From a virus (Duplodnaviria; Caudoviricetes): DNA of 64,000 nt. The stretch is from IMG/VR virus record IMGVR_UViG_3300037067_027643, positions 192,001 through 256,000 of that record. One strand, given 5' to 3'. The notes under the pieces are model-generated. The model saw only the letters and a list, made by a program, of their open reading frames with translations, was not told the origin of the DNA and ran no database searches. Each line of letters opens with the position of its first letter. Positions within the stretch are counted from its first letter, which is position 1. This document shows, piece by piece, positions 43,008 through 55,057 of the stretch. The position numbers were made by a program, and so were the translations under genes.

Positions 43008-46000
43008 ATGAAACAAACACATACAATTAAAACAAATCACCCGATAGTAGAATTTATAAGGGATGAGATAATAAATAATACATATAATGATTATTATAAA
43101 GATAATGGTTTTGCTATCTGTGTACCATTAACCATATCAAATCGAGCAATATGTTCTTGTGATATTTATAATTTTAAATTTAACGGTAATAACTGGAATG
43201 TTCCTTGTATAAACATAGGCGTATATTATAATGTTAAACCTGATATAGATACTAATAATATTCCACATTTTATAAATAATAAAGATAATGATGGGTTTAA
43301 GTATTATCAAATTAGTTCTACTTGTAGTATAAAACTTAAAACATTTTTGGATAAAAATCCTCAGTGGTTAGATACATTTAATGAATGGGCTATACCTGTT
43401 AAAGAAAAGAAAATTAAATGTCGATATAACAATCATAATAATAAGGATAGAAAAGTTAGTATATTATGTCCGGATAACGAAACAGAATATATTGTTAATT
43501 TTCCATCATTAGAAACAGATGATAAAAATATTTTAACCTGGATTAAACCAATAGAAGATCGATTAACTAAACAATATTATGATACGATTAAATTTAATAA
43601 GAAAAATAATATTAAATTAAATTTAAATGTATGGTTAAATCATATATGGTATTATTATGATTATAAAGATGGTGTTGTTGAAATATACAATATTAAAAAT
43701 TATAAAGGTGATAGTATATATAAACAGTTATTGGATACCGGATTAATTAATCTTTATAATAATATACCAGAATCTACTAAAATTTTAATTAAAAAAGAAA
43801 TTGAAAGTGGTGATATATTAGTTAAAGATATTATATTAGTCGAATATAGAGAATATTCAAATAAAATAGAAATTGGTAATATATAACACTTAAATCTAAT
43901 CGAGTCTTAATATAATAACAATAAAAATTAATAATATGAAAGAAAGAATTAAAAACGTTTTAAAAACATCGATTCATTTAATTATTATTATAGTATGTCT
44001 TTCATTTGGTTGTACAAATAATACATCGAAACCTATATGCTATGAAACCGTAAATACTTCGGTTTATATAACAAATGTATTTACCGCAAAATATTCTAAA
44101 GTACAAGGTTATATTTATTACAGAAATTTTAAATTAGATATTGATAATGGTAATACTGGGTATTATTATAAAAAATATAATTTAACGTCTGGTGATATTA
44201 TCAATGGTAACGTTACTATTTATCAACAATCTTATTATTCTAATAATCCTTATAAAAATGATTTAATTTTATCGACATCAGAAGTTGATTTTTCTAAATA
44301 TGAAATAAAATAAATTTAATAAAGCGATATAATATGAATATAATCTTACAATCACGCACATCAATAAATAATGTTAAAAAATTAAATTCATTAAATGATA
44401 TTGATATTGTTAAAAATCGTTTATTTTATGAATTAGGTCATTATATTGTTTTATCAAGTTATCGTGATAAGGATGGATATATTGTTGAAAATAAAAAATG
44501 GATTAAAGAAGGTATATTTAAAGAAGTCGATAATATAAAAGAATTTATTAATTTTCACGTAAATATGTCTAAGAAAGAATTAAAGGAATATATTAAACAT
44601 CATAATTTTGTAATTGATAATCTAATAAAATAATAATTATGGGTATAGGAATAAACAGTAGTGAATATAAAATACAAGGGATAATTAAAATTAATGGCAT
44701 TAATTGTTTTTATTTATATGATCAACAAATTCGAGAAATATTATCAAATGTTTTTAAAGCTCAATTAGAACGTGAAGGAAAGTGTGTTTGTACTATAGAA
44801 GTAGAATTAAATTCTCCTCCATCTAATTATATAAACATTAATGGTAAAGAAAATAGCTAATAAAATAATAATATATGAAAACAAAAGAAGAAATAAATTT
44901 AAAAAGGTCTGTTAAAATTACCGAATTAGAAAATATCAAAATAACAAGAAATGAAATGAGAAAAATTTCTAATAAATATTTTGATGTTGATAATTTATTT
45001 GATCCTATTATTGAAAAAATACAAAATGATATTGATATTTACACTTGGGTATTAAATTAAAATAAATATTATGCAAATAACAATAAACAACATTGATTTA
45101 AATAATAGTGATTATATTATTGATAGTAATCTAAAACCTTACGAACAATTACAAGCGCTTTTAAGAGAAGAATTTACTTATAAACACTTTGATCTATATA
45201 AAGGAACAGATAAAGATATTCAATGTTTTATAGATGATTACTTATATAAATTAGGATATTATTTAAATTTAAGAGAAGATGAACAAAAATTATTAAAATT
45301 AAATGTTAAATTTGAAGAAGAACATAATCATTTAACTGAAATAAATTGTAATATCGTACCTAATAACTTATTTACTGCTTGCGTAATGTTTGGTAAGTAT
45401 GTTCCTAGTATGTTTATTAAAGAAGACTGTTTAAGTGTAACATCTAAAGATTATAGTATTATTAGTTGTAATAAAGATAAAACACACTACTATTTAAAAG
45501 AAGTTTATGTTGATAGTCCCAATTATAAAACTCCAGAACAACTTAAAAATATGTGTATGAGTGATAGAGAGAAGTATTATGATAATTTACCTTATAAAGA
45601 AAATGTAATTTATGATGTTTCCAAAATTAATATTATTGATAATATTGTTATAGAAGATTCCATTAATAAAGCAAAAGAAGTAATAGAAATAAAGGGTTAT
45701 GATTCTATCGAATTTATTAAAGAATATGAAGAATGCATTAAAAATCCTGATAAATTTAGTGATGAACAATTGTATAAATTATTAGGTTCTAAAAGTAATG
45801 AACGATGGAATAATATTAAATCTATAATAAAAGATAGGGAAGATAAAATAATATTAGAATGGAATGATAAATATCCTGGTGTTCCATTTGGAAGCATTGA
45901 ATTAGTATTAGGTAAAAATTATAAAGTATATATTGATGGAGAAATGAAAATTAGATCATTACATGGAAAATTATGGGCATTTCCTCCAGATTGTGGTAAT

Positions 46001-46942
46001 ATTAATGAAGATGATATATAAACAAAAAGTAAATAATAATATAATCGTGGAAGAAAGAATTAAAGAAACTAAAACATTTTCTACTACTATTGATAGTGAT
46101 AGATATAAATGTTATATAAAATCAGAATCAGATAATGATTTTAATCGTGTAAAACATGTACTATATATTTCGAAACTTAAAAAATTAAAATTTTTATGGT
46201 GGGAGTATTTTTTGAATATTATAGATTGGAGCACAGAATATTATATTGGTTTTAATGATTATTATTTAGAAGGTAATGTAGATTGTACTTATCTAAATGG
46301 ATACTTTTACTATTCTATTGATGGTATTAAAGAAAAGATCGTAGAAGCAGTAAAATATCATACTAGTACTATTAATATTAAAAAAGAAGAAAAAGCAAAA
46401 TTAAAAAACATTAAACATAAAAGAGAAATATAAATAATATAAACATTATGATAAAAGCAAACATAATAACAGAAACAACTCATTACATAGAATGTCCTTA
46501 TTGTCATAAATCAAAAGAAAGAATTGATCATCTATTTGAAGAAAATACTAATAGAAAAGAAACCTCATTTGGACCTTGGTATTGTGATGAATGTGGTGGT
46601 AGCTATGAAGGTGTTGTTAGAGGACAAGATGTATTCATTAAATTAAATACAAACAAAAGAAAAGATGATAGTCTTGTATTTTTAAGAAATGGTAATGTAT
46701 TATTGATTGTTAAAGGAATGTATTTTGATGGAGATCTTGATAAAGGACATCAGGAATATTTTTACAATGAACATACCTGTCCAACTAACTATTTTAAATC
46801 TGTAGAAATGGTAGTAGATTTAAAAACAGGAGATACCGATCCACATGGTATATTTGAATATGTTGACGCTATTCCTTATATAAATTTAAAAGAAATGAAC
46901 GAAACTGAAGTTCATAAATTATTGTTGTCGGTTTTAACATAA
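43008..46942 (+). other. Hypothetical ORFs (43008-43886, 43936-44313 possible lipoprotein with LSFGC, 44334-44633, 44639-44860, 44875-45060, 45071-46021, ~46010-46433, 46448-46942 Zn-ribbon)
   Basis: Co-oriented packed ORFs. Confidence 0.55.
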
Positions 46943-46953
46943 TCAAAAATAAA

Positions 46954-46985
46954 TTTGTTTAATTGATTTTAATTTATTAATTTTG
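46954..46985 (+). promoter_or_regulatory. Bacteroidetes-type promoter
   Basis: TTTG-N20-TAATTTTG. Confidence 0.65.
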
Positions 46986-48134
46986 TATTCTATAACCTAA
47001 ATTAACAAAAAATATAAAGAAATGAATAATAATATTACAATAAATATAGAAGAAATTAAATCACTTGTAGATAATAGTATAACCAATCCAGAAACAATTC
47101 GTCAAATAGCATTATATGCTATTAAAACCAGAGATGTTTCATTAATTTCTAAAATAAAAAATGGTTATGAAGTCTATGGATTATATCCAGAAGTAATGAT
47201 TTCATTAAATATAAAACCAGAAAATAAAGAATAACATGGAAAACAAATATATATTAGTCAAAAAAGCTTACGAAATTAACTTTTCTAAAATAGAAGAAGG
47301 TTATCTAGCATGTGAACAAATATGTTATGCTGAAACTAGAGGCAGAGCTAAAACTCAATTATTAGATAAAATTAAATATGATGATTGGAAAAGTAACATT
47401 ACAGGAGAACCGATTACCTATTTAAATATTCCAGTAAGAAGATGTAAAATAGAAGATTTATATAAGTTTGAAAATTGTATATATTCATTATATCAGATAG
47501 AACAAATACTAAAAGAAAGAGAAAGAATAAAGGAATTGGAAGATTTATTCAATAATGGTAATATAGGATATTGTTATATTAAAAAACGTGGACAATATTA
47601 TTGTCCCAATTGTTGTGGATATACAGATTATATTAAATATGCTGGAGTATATACTAAAAAAGAAGCTATAGAAGAAGTTAAATCATGTAGTGAATTAGAA
47701 GTAATTCCAATTAATGTTGAAAGACATAATAGTATTATAAACGAAACAATCAACGATTTAAAAACAAGATTAATTAAAAATAAATAACATGGGATTTCTA
47801 ACAACATTCACAATCTACAATGATGATATCGATAGAATATCAAAGAATCCAAAAGAATTTGTAGAAAAATTAATTGATTCCACTACCAATTATCTATCAA
47901 GTACATTTCATGTAGACGGAGCAACTATAAAAGCTCAAGGAACAAGACATAGCAGTGAAACTGTTATCTATGTTCAAAGTGGTAATACCACATGTTTAAT
48001 GAACGCATCCAATATAGAAACAGAACAATTAATGAATAACTCTCCAGAATTTTTTGAAGAAATGTTAAACGAAATGGAGAATCAGGTAATTAAATTAAAA
48101 GCAAAATATAAAGAAATTAAAAATAAATAACATT

Positions 48135-48944
48135 ATGAACAAAGATACACTAGGTGATAGAATGAAAGACTATTACGAAAACAGAACTCGTATTAGCCTT
48201 CCAAGAAGAAGCTATACTATTATTAGAATTGATGGTAAAGCTTTTCACAGTTATACCAAAGGATTAAATCGCCCGTTTGATGATGGTTTAATCGAAGATA
48301 TGGATTCTACTACTGCTTATTTGTGTAAAAACATACAAGGAGCTAAATTTGGATACGTTCAAAGTGATGAAATTTCTATACTGCTTTGTGATTTTGAAGA
48401 CATAGGAACTCAAGCTTGGTTTGATAACAATATTCAAAAGATGTGTAGTGTATCGGCTAGTATGGCTACAAGTAAATTTAATCAACTAAGATTGATGAGA
48501 ACAGCTAAATGTGGATTCGATTTGTTAAATGATTGTAAATCTCAAATATTTGCTATTCCATTAATTCATGATATGTGTAATAAAAAATTAGCAGAATTTG
48601 ATAGTCGAGTATTTCAAATACCATCCAGTATCGAAGTTGAAAATTATTTTATCTGGAGACAACAAGATGCTACTAGGAACAGTATTCAATCTGTAGCACA
48701 ATCATTGTATAGTCACAAAGAACTAAATAATAAAAATTGTGATCAGCTACAAGAAATGATATTTCAAAAAGGCATTAATTGGAATGATTATCCAAGTAAA
48801 TATAAAAGAGGTAGAATAATTAGTAAGGAAACATATACCAAAGATAATACTAACAGAAGTAGATGGACAAATATAAACAACAATGAAATACCAATATTTA
48901 CACAAGAAAGAGAATTTATTAGTAATTTAATCCCAAAGATATGA
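48135..48944 (+). CDS. thg1: tRNA(His) guanylyltransferase Thg1 / Thg1-like protein
   Basis: LGDRMKDYYE, RIDGKAFHSYT, YVQSDEISIL, FDSRVF, WRQQDATRNSIQ, GINWNDYP and KRG motifs. Confidence 0.92.
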   Translation: MNKDTLGDRMKDYYENRTRISLPRRSYTIIRIDGKAFHSYTKGLNRPFDDGLIEDMDSTTAYLCKNIQGAKFGYVQSDEISILLCDFEDIGTQAWFDNNIQKMCSVSASMATSKFNQLRLMRTAKCGFDLLNDCKSQIFAIPLIHDMCNKKLAEFDSRVFQIPSSIEVENYFIWRQQDATRNSIQSVAQSLYSHKELNNKNCDQLQEMIFQKGINWNDYPSKYKRGRIISKETYTKDNTNRSRWTNINNNEIPIFTQEREFISNLIPKI

Positions 48945-49703
48945 AAGAATTTGAATATTTATTTAAGGTAAAAACATTAGAAGCTGGACAAAGAGGTAGA
49001 TATCAAGATAGTTATTATTCCTATGAAGTAACTAGTAATTGTACAGAATATAAAGTAAAACAGTTTTGTATGAATGTATTACAAAAAAGTTATGAAAAGA
49101 AGGATATGCCTAATCCATTTGCTGGTGAGTTATTAGAGTTTAAAAAATTAACCGATAACAATAAAAACGTTGATATGTTTAATTCTACTAAAGAAGAAAC
49201 ATATTTATACAAAACAAAAGAATTATATTGTGATTAACTATGAAACAATTAATTAACCTAGTTGTCTTATTATTACTGATACCAACATCATCTATAGCAC
49301 AAGACACCATAAAATCTGATCTAGCAAAGAACATTATTACTATCTCATGTTCTATGAAAGAACCATTAGATTCTGTTTTTAATGAACTATTATGTTCTAA
49401 AATAACAACCGATACTAATAGCAATATTCTAACTGTTATTTATAGTTGTCACGATCATAAAATTGAACTATATTTTTATAACAATTTATTAATAGGAGGA
49501 GTTATACTTTATCAAACAGATGTTCAGTTTAAAGAGATAATTGAATTATTTGATCAAAAATTATATAGATTAAAGGATGATAACTATAATTGGGTGTTCT
49601 ACTATAAAGAATCTTGTAGCTTTATAATATTACATGTTGACAAAGACAAGAAAACAGTTCAAATATATCTGGATCAATAGACAAAAATATATATCAAAAT
49701 AAA

Positions 49704-49735
49704 TTTGGTAATATAAATTATTTTTACTAATTTTG
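49704..49735 (+). promoter_or_regulatory. Bacteroidetes-type promoter
   Basis: TTTG-N20-TAATTTTG. Confidence 0.7.
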
Positions 49736-49761
49736 TATTGTTAAATTTAAAGTATGTTAAT

Positions 49762-50496
49762 ATGACAACAATAATTATATGTTTATTAATTCCATTAATT
49801 CTAGTATGTTTAATTATTCTTTTAAATAATACATCTACTAAATCTAAACAGTCGATTATTAAAAAAATTAATAACCACTCAAATTTAAAATATGAATATG
49901 AATTATTAGAATATAATCTAAAATTAAATAATAACATTATTCATAAAAGAATATATGATAAATTTAGAAACGGGTTAATGAAAATTATAGAAGAAGAAAA
50001 TATTAAATTTACCGAATTAGATTCTATATATGAACTTAACAATGTTACAGAAGAACAAGTATTAAATGATATAAATATAAAAAATAACTTAGCATGTGGA
50101 TTATACATATATATTTCTAAAGAAAAATTAAAAAAGTATGATTTGATTGATTTAGATTGGTATAACAGAAAGTATCCACAAATAAAAGTTGAAAATACTG
50201 TTATTGATGATGATTTATCTTATGGAAATGAATTAATTATTGCACATGAACTTGGACATCATTTTTGTATTGCACAATTAAATGATAAAAGTGAAGAAGG
50301 TGCAGATTATTATGTACTGACATTAGCACAGAAAATTTTAACCCCATTAGAAATATATACTATTAGTATACTACTTCGTATTAAATGCAAATTAACTAGT
50401 GAAGAATTCGAAAATATGTATAATTTAGATGATATTGTATCATTTGATAAGTTTAAAGAAGTTAATGGAGATATCTATAAACTATTTGAAAATTAA
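49762..50496 (+). CDS. Membrane-anchored HExxH metallopeptidase (ImmA/IrrE-like)
   Basis: N-terminal TM helix, IAHELGHH...EEGADYY. The ATG at 49762 is preferred over the TTG at 49738. Confidence 0.65.
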   Translation: MTTIIICLLIPLILVCLIILLNNTSTKSKQSIIKKINNHSNLKYEYELLEYNLKLNNNIIHKRIYDKFRNGLMKIIEEENIKFTELDSIYELNNVTEEQVLNDINIKNNLACGLYIYISKEKLKKYDLIDLDWYNRKYPQIKVENTVIDDDLSYGNELIIAHELGHHFCIAQLNDKSEEGADYYVLTLAQKILTPLEIYTISILLRIKCKLTSEEFENMYNLDDIVSFDKFKEVNGDIYKLFEN

Positions 50497-51066
50497 ATAA
50501 ACATGGAAAATATTTATAAACCTATTATGAAATCAGTAATTGATTTTTTATTGCTAAATGGATTTACTTGTATAGAGCCAAATTCATATATTAATAATTA
50601 TTGTAATATTATTATAAACGAAGAATATTATACTATTATTGATAAAAATAACGAGGTAATGATTAGTAGAGACGTAAATATTTATTGGTTGATTGGATGT
50701 CTTACTTATTATGGTTACATGGATAAAAATTACAAACAATTAGATTAAGAATAAATAATATGAAAACATTTAAACAAAAATTAGGCAAAACAATAGCTAA
50801 ATATAAATGGCTACAATTTACAAGAGAAGATCAAGTATTTGGTAGTCCAGCAGATTTATATTATGAATTATATAATAGTAAAGGTATAGCAGAATGTTTT
50901 ATGTTAATAGATGATGGTGATTGCATAGGAGAAGAATGTGCGATTCATATATGTTGTTTATCTACAAATAAAAGAGGAAAAGTTAAATATAATTTTAAAG
51001 GAAAGATATTTGAAGGTCGTATATGTTCTAAAAAAGATTTTAAATATTTAATGAAATTTTTAGGAT

Positions 51067-51582
51067 TTGAAAAAATATATTAATAGTATGAAAAATATTA
51101 AAAACATATTAACAATCATCAATACTACTAATAATTTTAAACAAAAATTTTTTATATATTTAAGGTTATTTATTTCATTTGTACAATTTCCAGCATTTGT
51201 ATTTCATGAATTATGCCATAGCTTATTATTGATATTTTGTACTGATATAAAAATAAAGGAATATAATTTTTTAAAAATTAATAACAACAATAAAAATTTA
51301 CAAACATACGGTTTACGTATTAGCTATAATAGTACAAAGAAAGTTGGATTACTTAGTTCTGCTATGCCATTAATTGGTTGGTTAGTGTTATTTATTATTT
51401 CTTTGATTAATTGTTATTGGTTGATTTTAATATATTGTATTATTAGCTTTCGTATGTTTTATTTGAGTTCTGTAGATATTGAAAGTATGGATAATTGTGG
51501 TTGTGATAAAAGATTAACTAAAATTTTAAAATATATTAATACGAACATACAAAAATTATCAAATAAATATTATATAATATGA
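51067..51582 (+). CDS. Membrane zinc metalloprotease-like protein (DUF3267/M50-like)
   Basis: VFHELCH in a hydrophobic segment, SAMPL and SSVD; the true start may be 51088. Confidence 0.55.
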   Translation: MKKYINSMKNIKNILTIINTTNNFKQKFFIYLRLFISFVQFPAFVFHELCHSLLLIFCTDIKIKEYNFLKINNNNKNLQTYGLRISYNSTKKVGLLSSAMPLIGWLVLFIISLINCYWLILIYCIISFRMFYLSSVDIESMDNCGCDKRLTKILKYINTNIQKLSNKYYII

Positions 51583-52018
51583 AGCATCAAGATAAATCAA
51601 TAAACCTTAAATCTACAGAAAAGGAATTAAGAGAATTATATAAACGGTTTGGATTGAAACAATGGATTCCTAAATTATCAAAAGAGGAAATATTGATAGA
51701 TTTATATAACTATATATGTGGAGATAAATCAATGTTAGAGGAATTGGTAGAACATTTAGAAACTATTCAAAGTAAATTAAATAAAGAGTATCCAAACATT
51801 TGGGTTGGAGAATTATAAAATATTATGAAAACATTTATATTATGTTCTGATACAAATTACGATTTATCTGTTACAATTGTTAATGCAGAATCAGAAGAAG
51901 AAGTTAGAAATTTAGTTAAAGATAATAAATATGTTTGGCTAGGTTATAATATTAACGAAATAGATACTAAAACAAAAGGAATTGTATTTCAAGATCCTAT
52001 TGATAATTAAAAAATAAA

Positions 52019-52579
52019 ATGGAAAAATATATATTCTTAGATATTGATGGAGTAATAGCAACACCAAAAACTATAATTGATTGTGGTTGGGGTTTAACTC
52101 CTATTTGTCAAGAGAATTTAGGATTTATTTTAAAAGAAACAAATGCTAAAATCGTAATAAGTTCTAGTTGGAGACTAAATACAGTTGAAGAAACAGTTAA
52201 ATATATGGACGAACAAGGATTTTTATTTTGTGATTCTATTGTTGGAGTAACTATAAGAGCTTATCACTATATTCAAAAAGGTGTACATTTAGGAATTCCA
52301 AGAGGAGTAGAAATCAAACAATATATAGATACCCATTTAAAATATCCATGGTATGCTTATCCTGAAAGAGATAATGAGTTTAAATTGTATAGAGAAGATG
52401 GAACATTTTTAATGATGAGACATCAAGAACTTGGTAAGGATTATAACTATTGTATATTAGATGATGATACAGATTTTTTATTAGAACATAAAAATTATTT
52501 CGTACAATGTAATCCAAACGTAGGTTTAACTAAAAGTAAAGCATTAAAAGCAATTAAAATATTGAACAATGGAAATTAA
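52019..52579 (+). CDS. HAD phosphatase of the Swiss-Army-knife RNA-repair type
   Basis: IFLDIDGVI, KIVISSSWR, RGVEIKQY, YCILDDDTDFL and GLT motifs. Confidence 0.85.
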   Translation: MEKYIFLDIDGVIATPKTIIDCGWGLTPICQENLGFILKETNAKIVISSSWRLNTVEETVKYMDEQGFLFCDSIVGVTIRAYHYIQKGVHLGIPRGVEIKQYIDTHLKYPWYAYPERDNEFKLYREDGTFLMMRHQELGKDYNYCILDDDTDFLLEHKNYFVQCNPNVGLTKSKALKAIKILNNGN

Positions 52580-53427
52580 AGACGAATATACTTATACAAC
52601 AATTAACTATGATGTTATTCAAGGTAATGATAAAATTATTAAATGTATAAATTCTTGTATATCAAATGTTCAGTTAGATAGTGTAGAAAGAATGATTAAT
52701 AATTTCAATAATATTTATAAATGTGATGATATATCAATTTTGTATTTATTTAGGTTAGTGTACTCAAAAAGGAAAAAATTAAAAACATATTAGATGAAAA
52801 AAGAAAGTAAAACAATTTATATAGTAATGGGATCAACTGGTAATATATTACATGAAAATTGGTTTAAATATTCAGTAAAAGCATTTTATGATCAAGAAGA
52901 AGCTGATAAATATATTGAAAAATATACAAAAATAGTTAATATAGCTAAAGAATATTTTAGTTATTTGTATAGTAATGAATATTATACAAATAGATATACC
53001 GATTTTGAATTTGATAGAGATAATATTTACTTCTATAAATATAATAAGTGGATAGAATTTGACAAATCATTTGTTCAGGAAATTGAATTAATTTAATAAT
53101 AAATAATATGAAAGAAACAAAATTTTACAAAGATGAACTTAATGAACATTATTACAAAGAAACCGATAATTTAATTTTACATATTTTTGTATGTAGAGAA
53201 GCAAGAGATACAAAAGAATTTACATACGATGGTGATTTTATGATATTATGTCCTCATAATCTAAATGATCGGTGTATTAATAATGTACCAGAACTACCAA
53301 CAGATAAAAAACTTAAAGAAATTACTAAAGAAGAATTTGATACAGTAGTAAAACAGGTGATATTTGATTTGGAATTATATAAATATATTAAATAAAAACA
53401 ATTATAAACATTTAAAAATTAAAAAAC

Positions 53428-53901
53428 ATGACAACAACATTCTCAAAAATTAAATTACACAGTTCAGTAGATCTAATTACCAATTCATCCACAGTTATAT
53501 TCACTTATAGCGGAGGTAGTTTATCAGCAGTAAAAGACCTAGTAAACGAAATGTTAAAAGTATTTGGAAAGACAGAAACATTTGATGACATATTTTATGC
53601 TGATGTATTTTGTGAAGATCTTGATACATACTTAGAAGATGATTTATATTCAAATTTTATAGAAGAAAATGAAAATGAAGCGGTAAGTGATATTAAAGTA
53701 TTAGTAGATGATATTTTAACAGGTAAGGTAGAAAGACCAAAATGGATGGATGAAGTAGAGGAAGAAGAAAGTAGATGTGATTATTTTACTCCAGAAACAG
53801 CTTTATATCTTAAAGCAAAAGATGAAAAATATAACGAATTGGCAAATAAATTATTAAAATATTTAAATTCACAAACTCATGAAGCAACAAGAGATGGCTA
53901 A
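53428..53901 (+). CDS. ITNSS-motif protein 1
   Basis: N-terminal KLHSSVDLITNSSTVIF; acidic body. Confidence 0.75.
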   Translation: MTTTFSKIKLHSSVDLITNSSTVIFTYSGGSLSAVKDLVNEMLKVFGKTETFDDIFYADVFCEDLDTYLEDDLYSNFIEENENEAVSDIKVLVDDILTGKVERPKWMDEVEEEESRCDYFTPETALYLKAKDEKYNELANKLLKYLNSQTHEATRDG

Positions 53902-54376
53902 AAATAAAAAAGTAATATTCGTAATCCAACCTCAATCAATGGTTGATATTATTACGAACAGTTCTTCAGAATTATTTGTTTTTGAAGGCAAAGAAAAACA
54001 AGTGATAGAAGAAATGATTAAAGATGTTTATCCAGATTACTTAAATGAATATGAACAACTTGTATCAATAAATGATATTAGTGACGATAATTTATATACA
54101 TATTTAATTTATAAATATTGGGTTTACGATATTCATGATAATTTATATCTATCAAAAGAATTCAATATCGACCCAAAAATTTTATATTCTAATTGGGATA
54201 ATAAAAATACAGATAAGTATTGGTATCCACAATTAAGTAGTGAAGGTTGTAGATTAATAAAAGATAAAATTGATCCCAACAGACAGATGTATTTTCTTTT
54301 TAGTAAATATGACAATCCAGAATATGAATATCAAGAACTGTTAGAAAATATTGGAACTAGATATCATTTAGGTTAA
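53894..54376 (+). CDS. ITNSS-motif protein 2
   Basis: QPQSMVDIITNSSSELF; the likely start is ATG 53894, overlapping the upstream stop. Confidence 0.75.
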   Translation: MAKNKKVIFVIQPQSMVDIITNSSSELFVFEGKEKQVIEEMIKDVYPDYLNEYEQLVSINDISDDNLYTYLIYKYWVYDIHDNLYLSKEFNIDPKILYSNWDNKNTDKYWYPQLSSEGCRLIKDKIDPNRQMYFLFSKYDNPEYEYQELLENIGTRYHLG

Positions 54377-54397
54377 TAATTATAAATATATAAAATT

Positions 54398-54727
54398 ATG
54401 AAAAAAGAAAAATTAATATTTATAAAATTGCATTCATTTGTTGATTTAATAACAAATAGTTCAACAGAATTGTATGTAGTAGATAGTTCTAAATCGGAAG
54501 GTATTTTAAAAGAAATATTCGATTTAATTATTAAAGAAGGTAATTCTGGTTATGATGAAACTAAAATAGAATGTTTAAAAAATTATAAATATAAAAGTGA
54601 TTATATTATTCCAGAAGATTTAGATCAAAATACAGTTTTTATTTGTAATATCGATCGTGGAAATATTATTTTAATGAAAATCATAGAAAAATATTTTACA
54701 ACAATTAATTTAAAATATAATGGATAA
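54398..54727 (+). CDS. ITNSS-motif protein 3
   Basis: KLHSFVDLITNSSTELY. Confidence 0.75.
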   Translation: MKKEKLIFIKLHSFVDLITNSSTELYVVDSSKSEGILKEIFDLIIKEGNSGYDETKIECLKNYKYKSDYIIPEDLDQNTVFICNIDRGNIILMKIIEKYFTTINLKYNG

Positions 54728-55001
54728 AATAACAATAAGTAAGCCACATAGTTCTGTTGATTTAATAACCAACAGCTCTACAGTCATTTTTACAGTATCA
54801 AATAGTTATGTAAATATGATACAAGATCTAATAAGACATAGATGTCAAACATCGGATGATATGGAATGGTTTGACAAATGGTTAACGGTTATAGAAAACG
54901 AAGACGGTAACATTGAAATAGAATCATTTATAAACGATCCAGATTGGTTTTGTGATTTTATTAATGATAATTTCAATGTAATTAATGAATGGTTTAGTTG
55001 A
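54720..55001 (+). CDS. ITNSS-motif protein 4
   Basis: KPHSSVDLITNSSTVIF. Confidence 0.75.
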   Translation: MDKITISKPHSSVDLITNSSTVIFTVSNSYVNMIQDLIRHRCQTSDDMEWFDKWLTVIENEDGNIEIESFINDPDWFCDFINDNFNVINEWFS

Positions 55002-55009
55002 AAATTAAA

Positions 55010-55041
55010 TTTGTTTAAATAAATAATATTACTTACTTTTG
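55010..55041 (+). promoter_or_regulatory. Bacteroidetes-type promoter for the radical SAM gene
   Basis: TTTG-N20-TACTTTTG. Confidence 0.65.
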
Positions 55042-55057
55042 TAAAAATAAATAAAAC

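Larger units (their letters stand above)
39474..43903 (+). repeat. Dispersed intergenic repeat TAAAT[C/T]TAATC (6 copies)
   Basis: At 39474, 40652, 41299, 41642, 42961 and 43891; all intergenic, usually followed by TATAAT-like sequence. Confidence 0.8.

Noticed and set aside
39474-43903. CRISPR-like interpretation of the TAAATCTAATC repeats
   Set aside because: Repeats are short and separated by whole genes of 0.3-1.3 kb; no cas genes are present.
53428-55001. Classical RiPP precursor peptides or inteins
   Set aside because: The proteins are 93-160 aa with apparently folded bodies. There is no transporter, RiPP-type peptidase or RRE nearby and no intein blocks, so the locus is kept as an unknown system instead.
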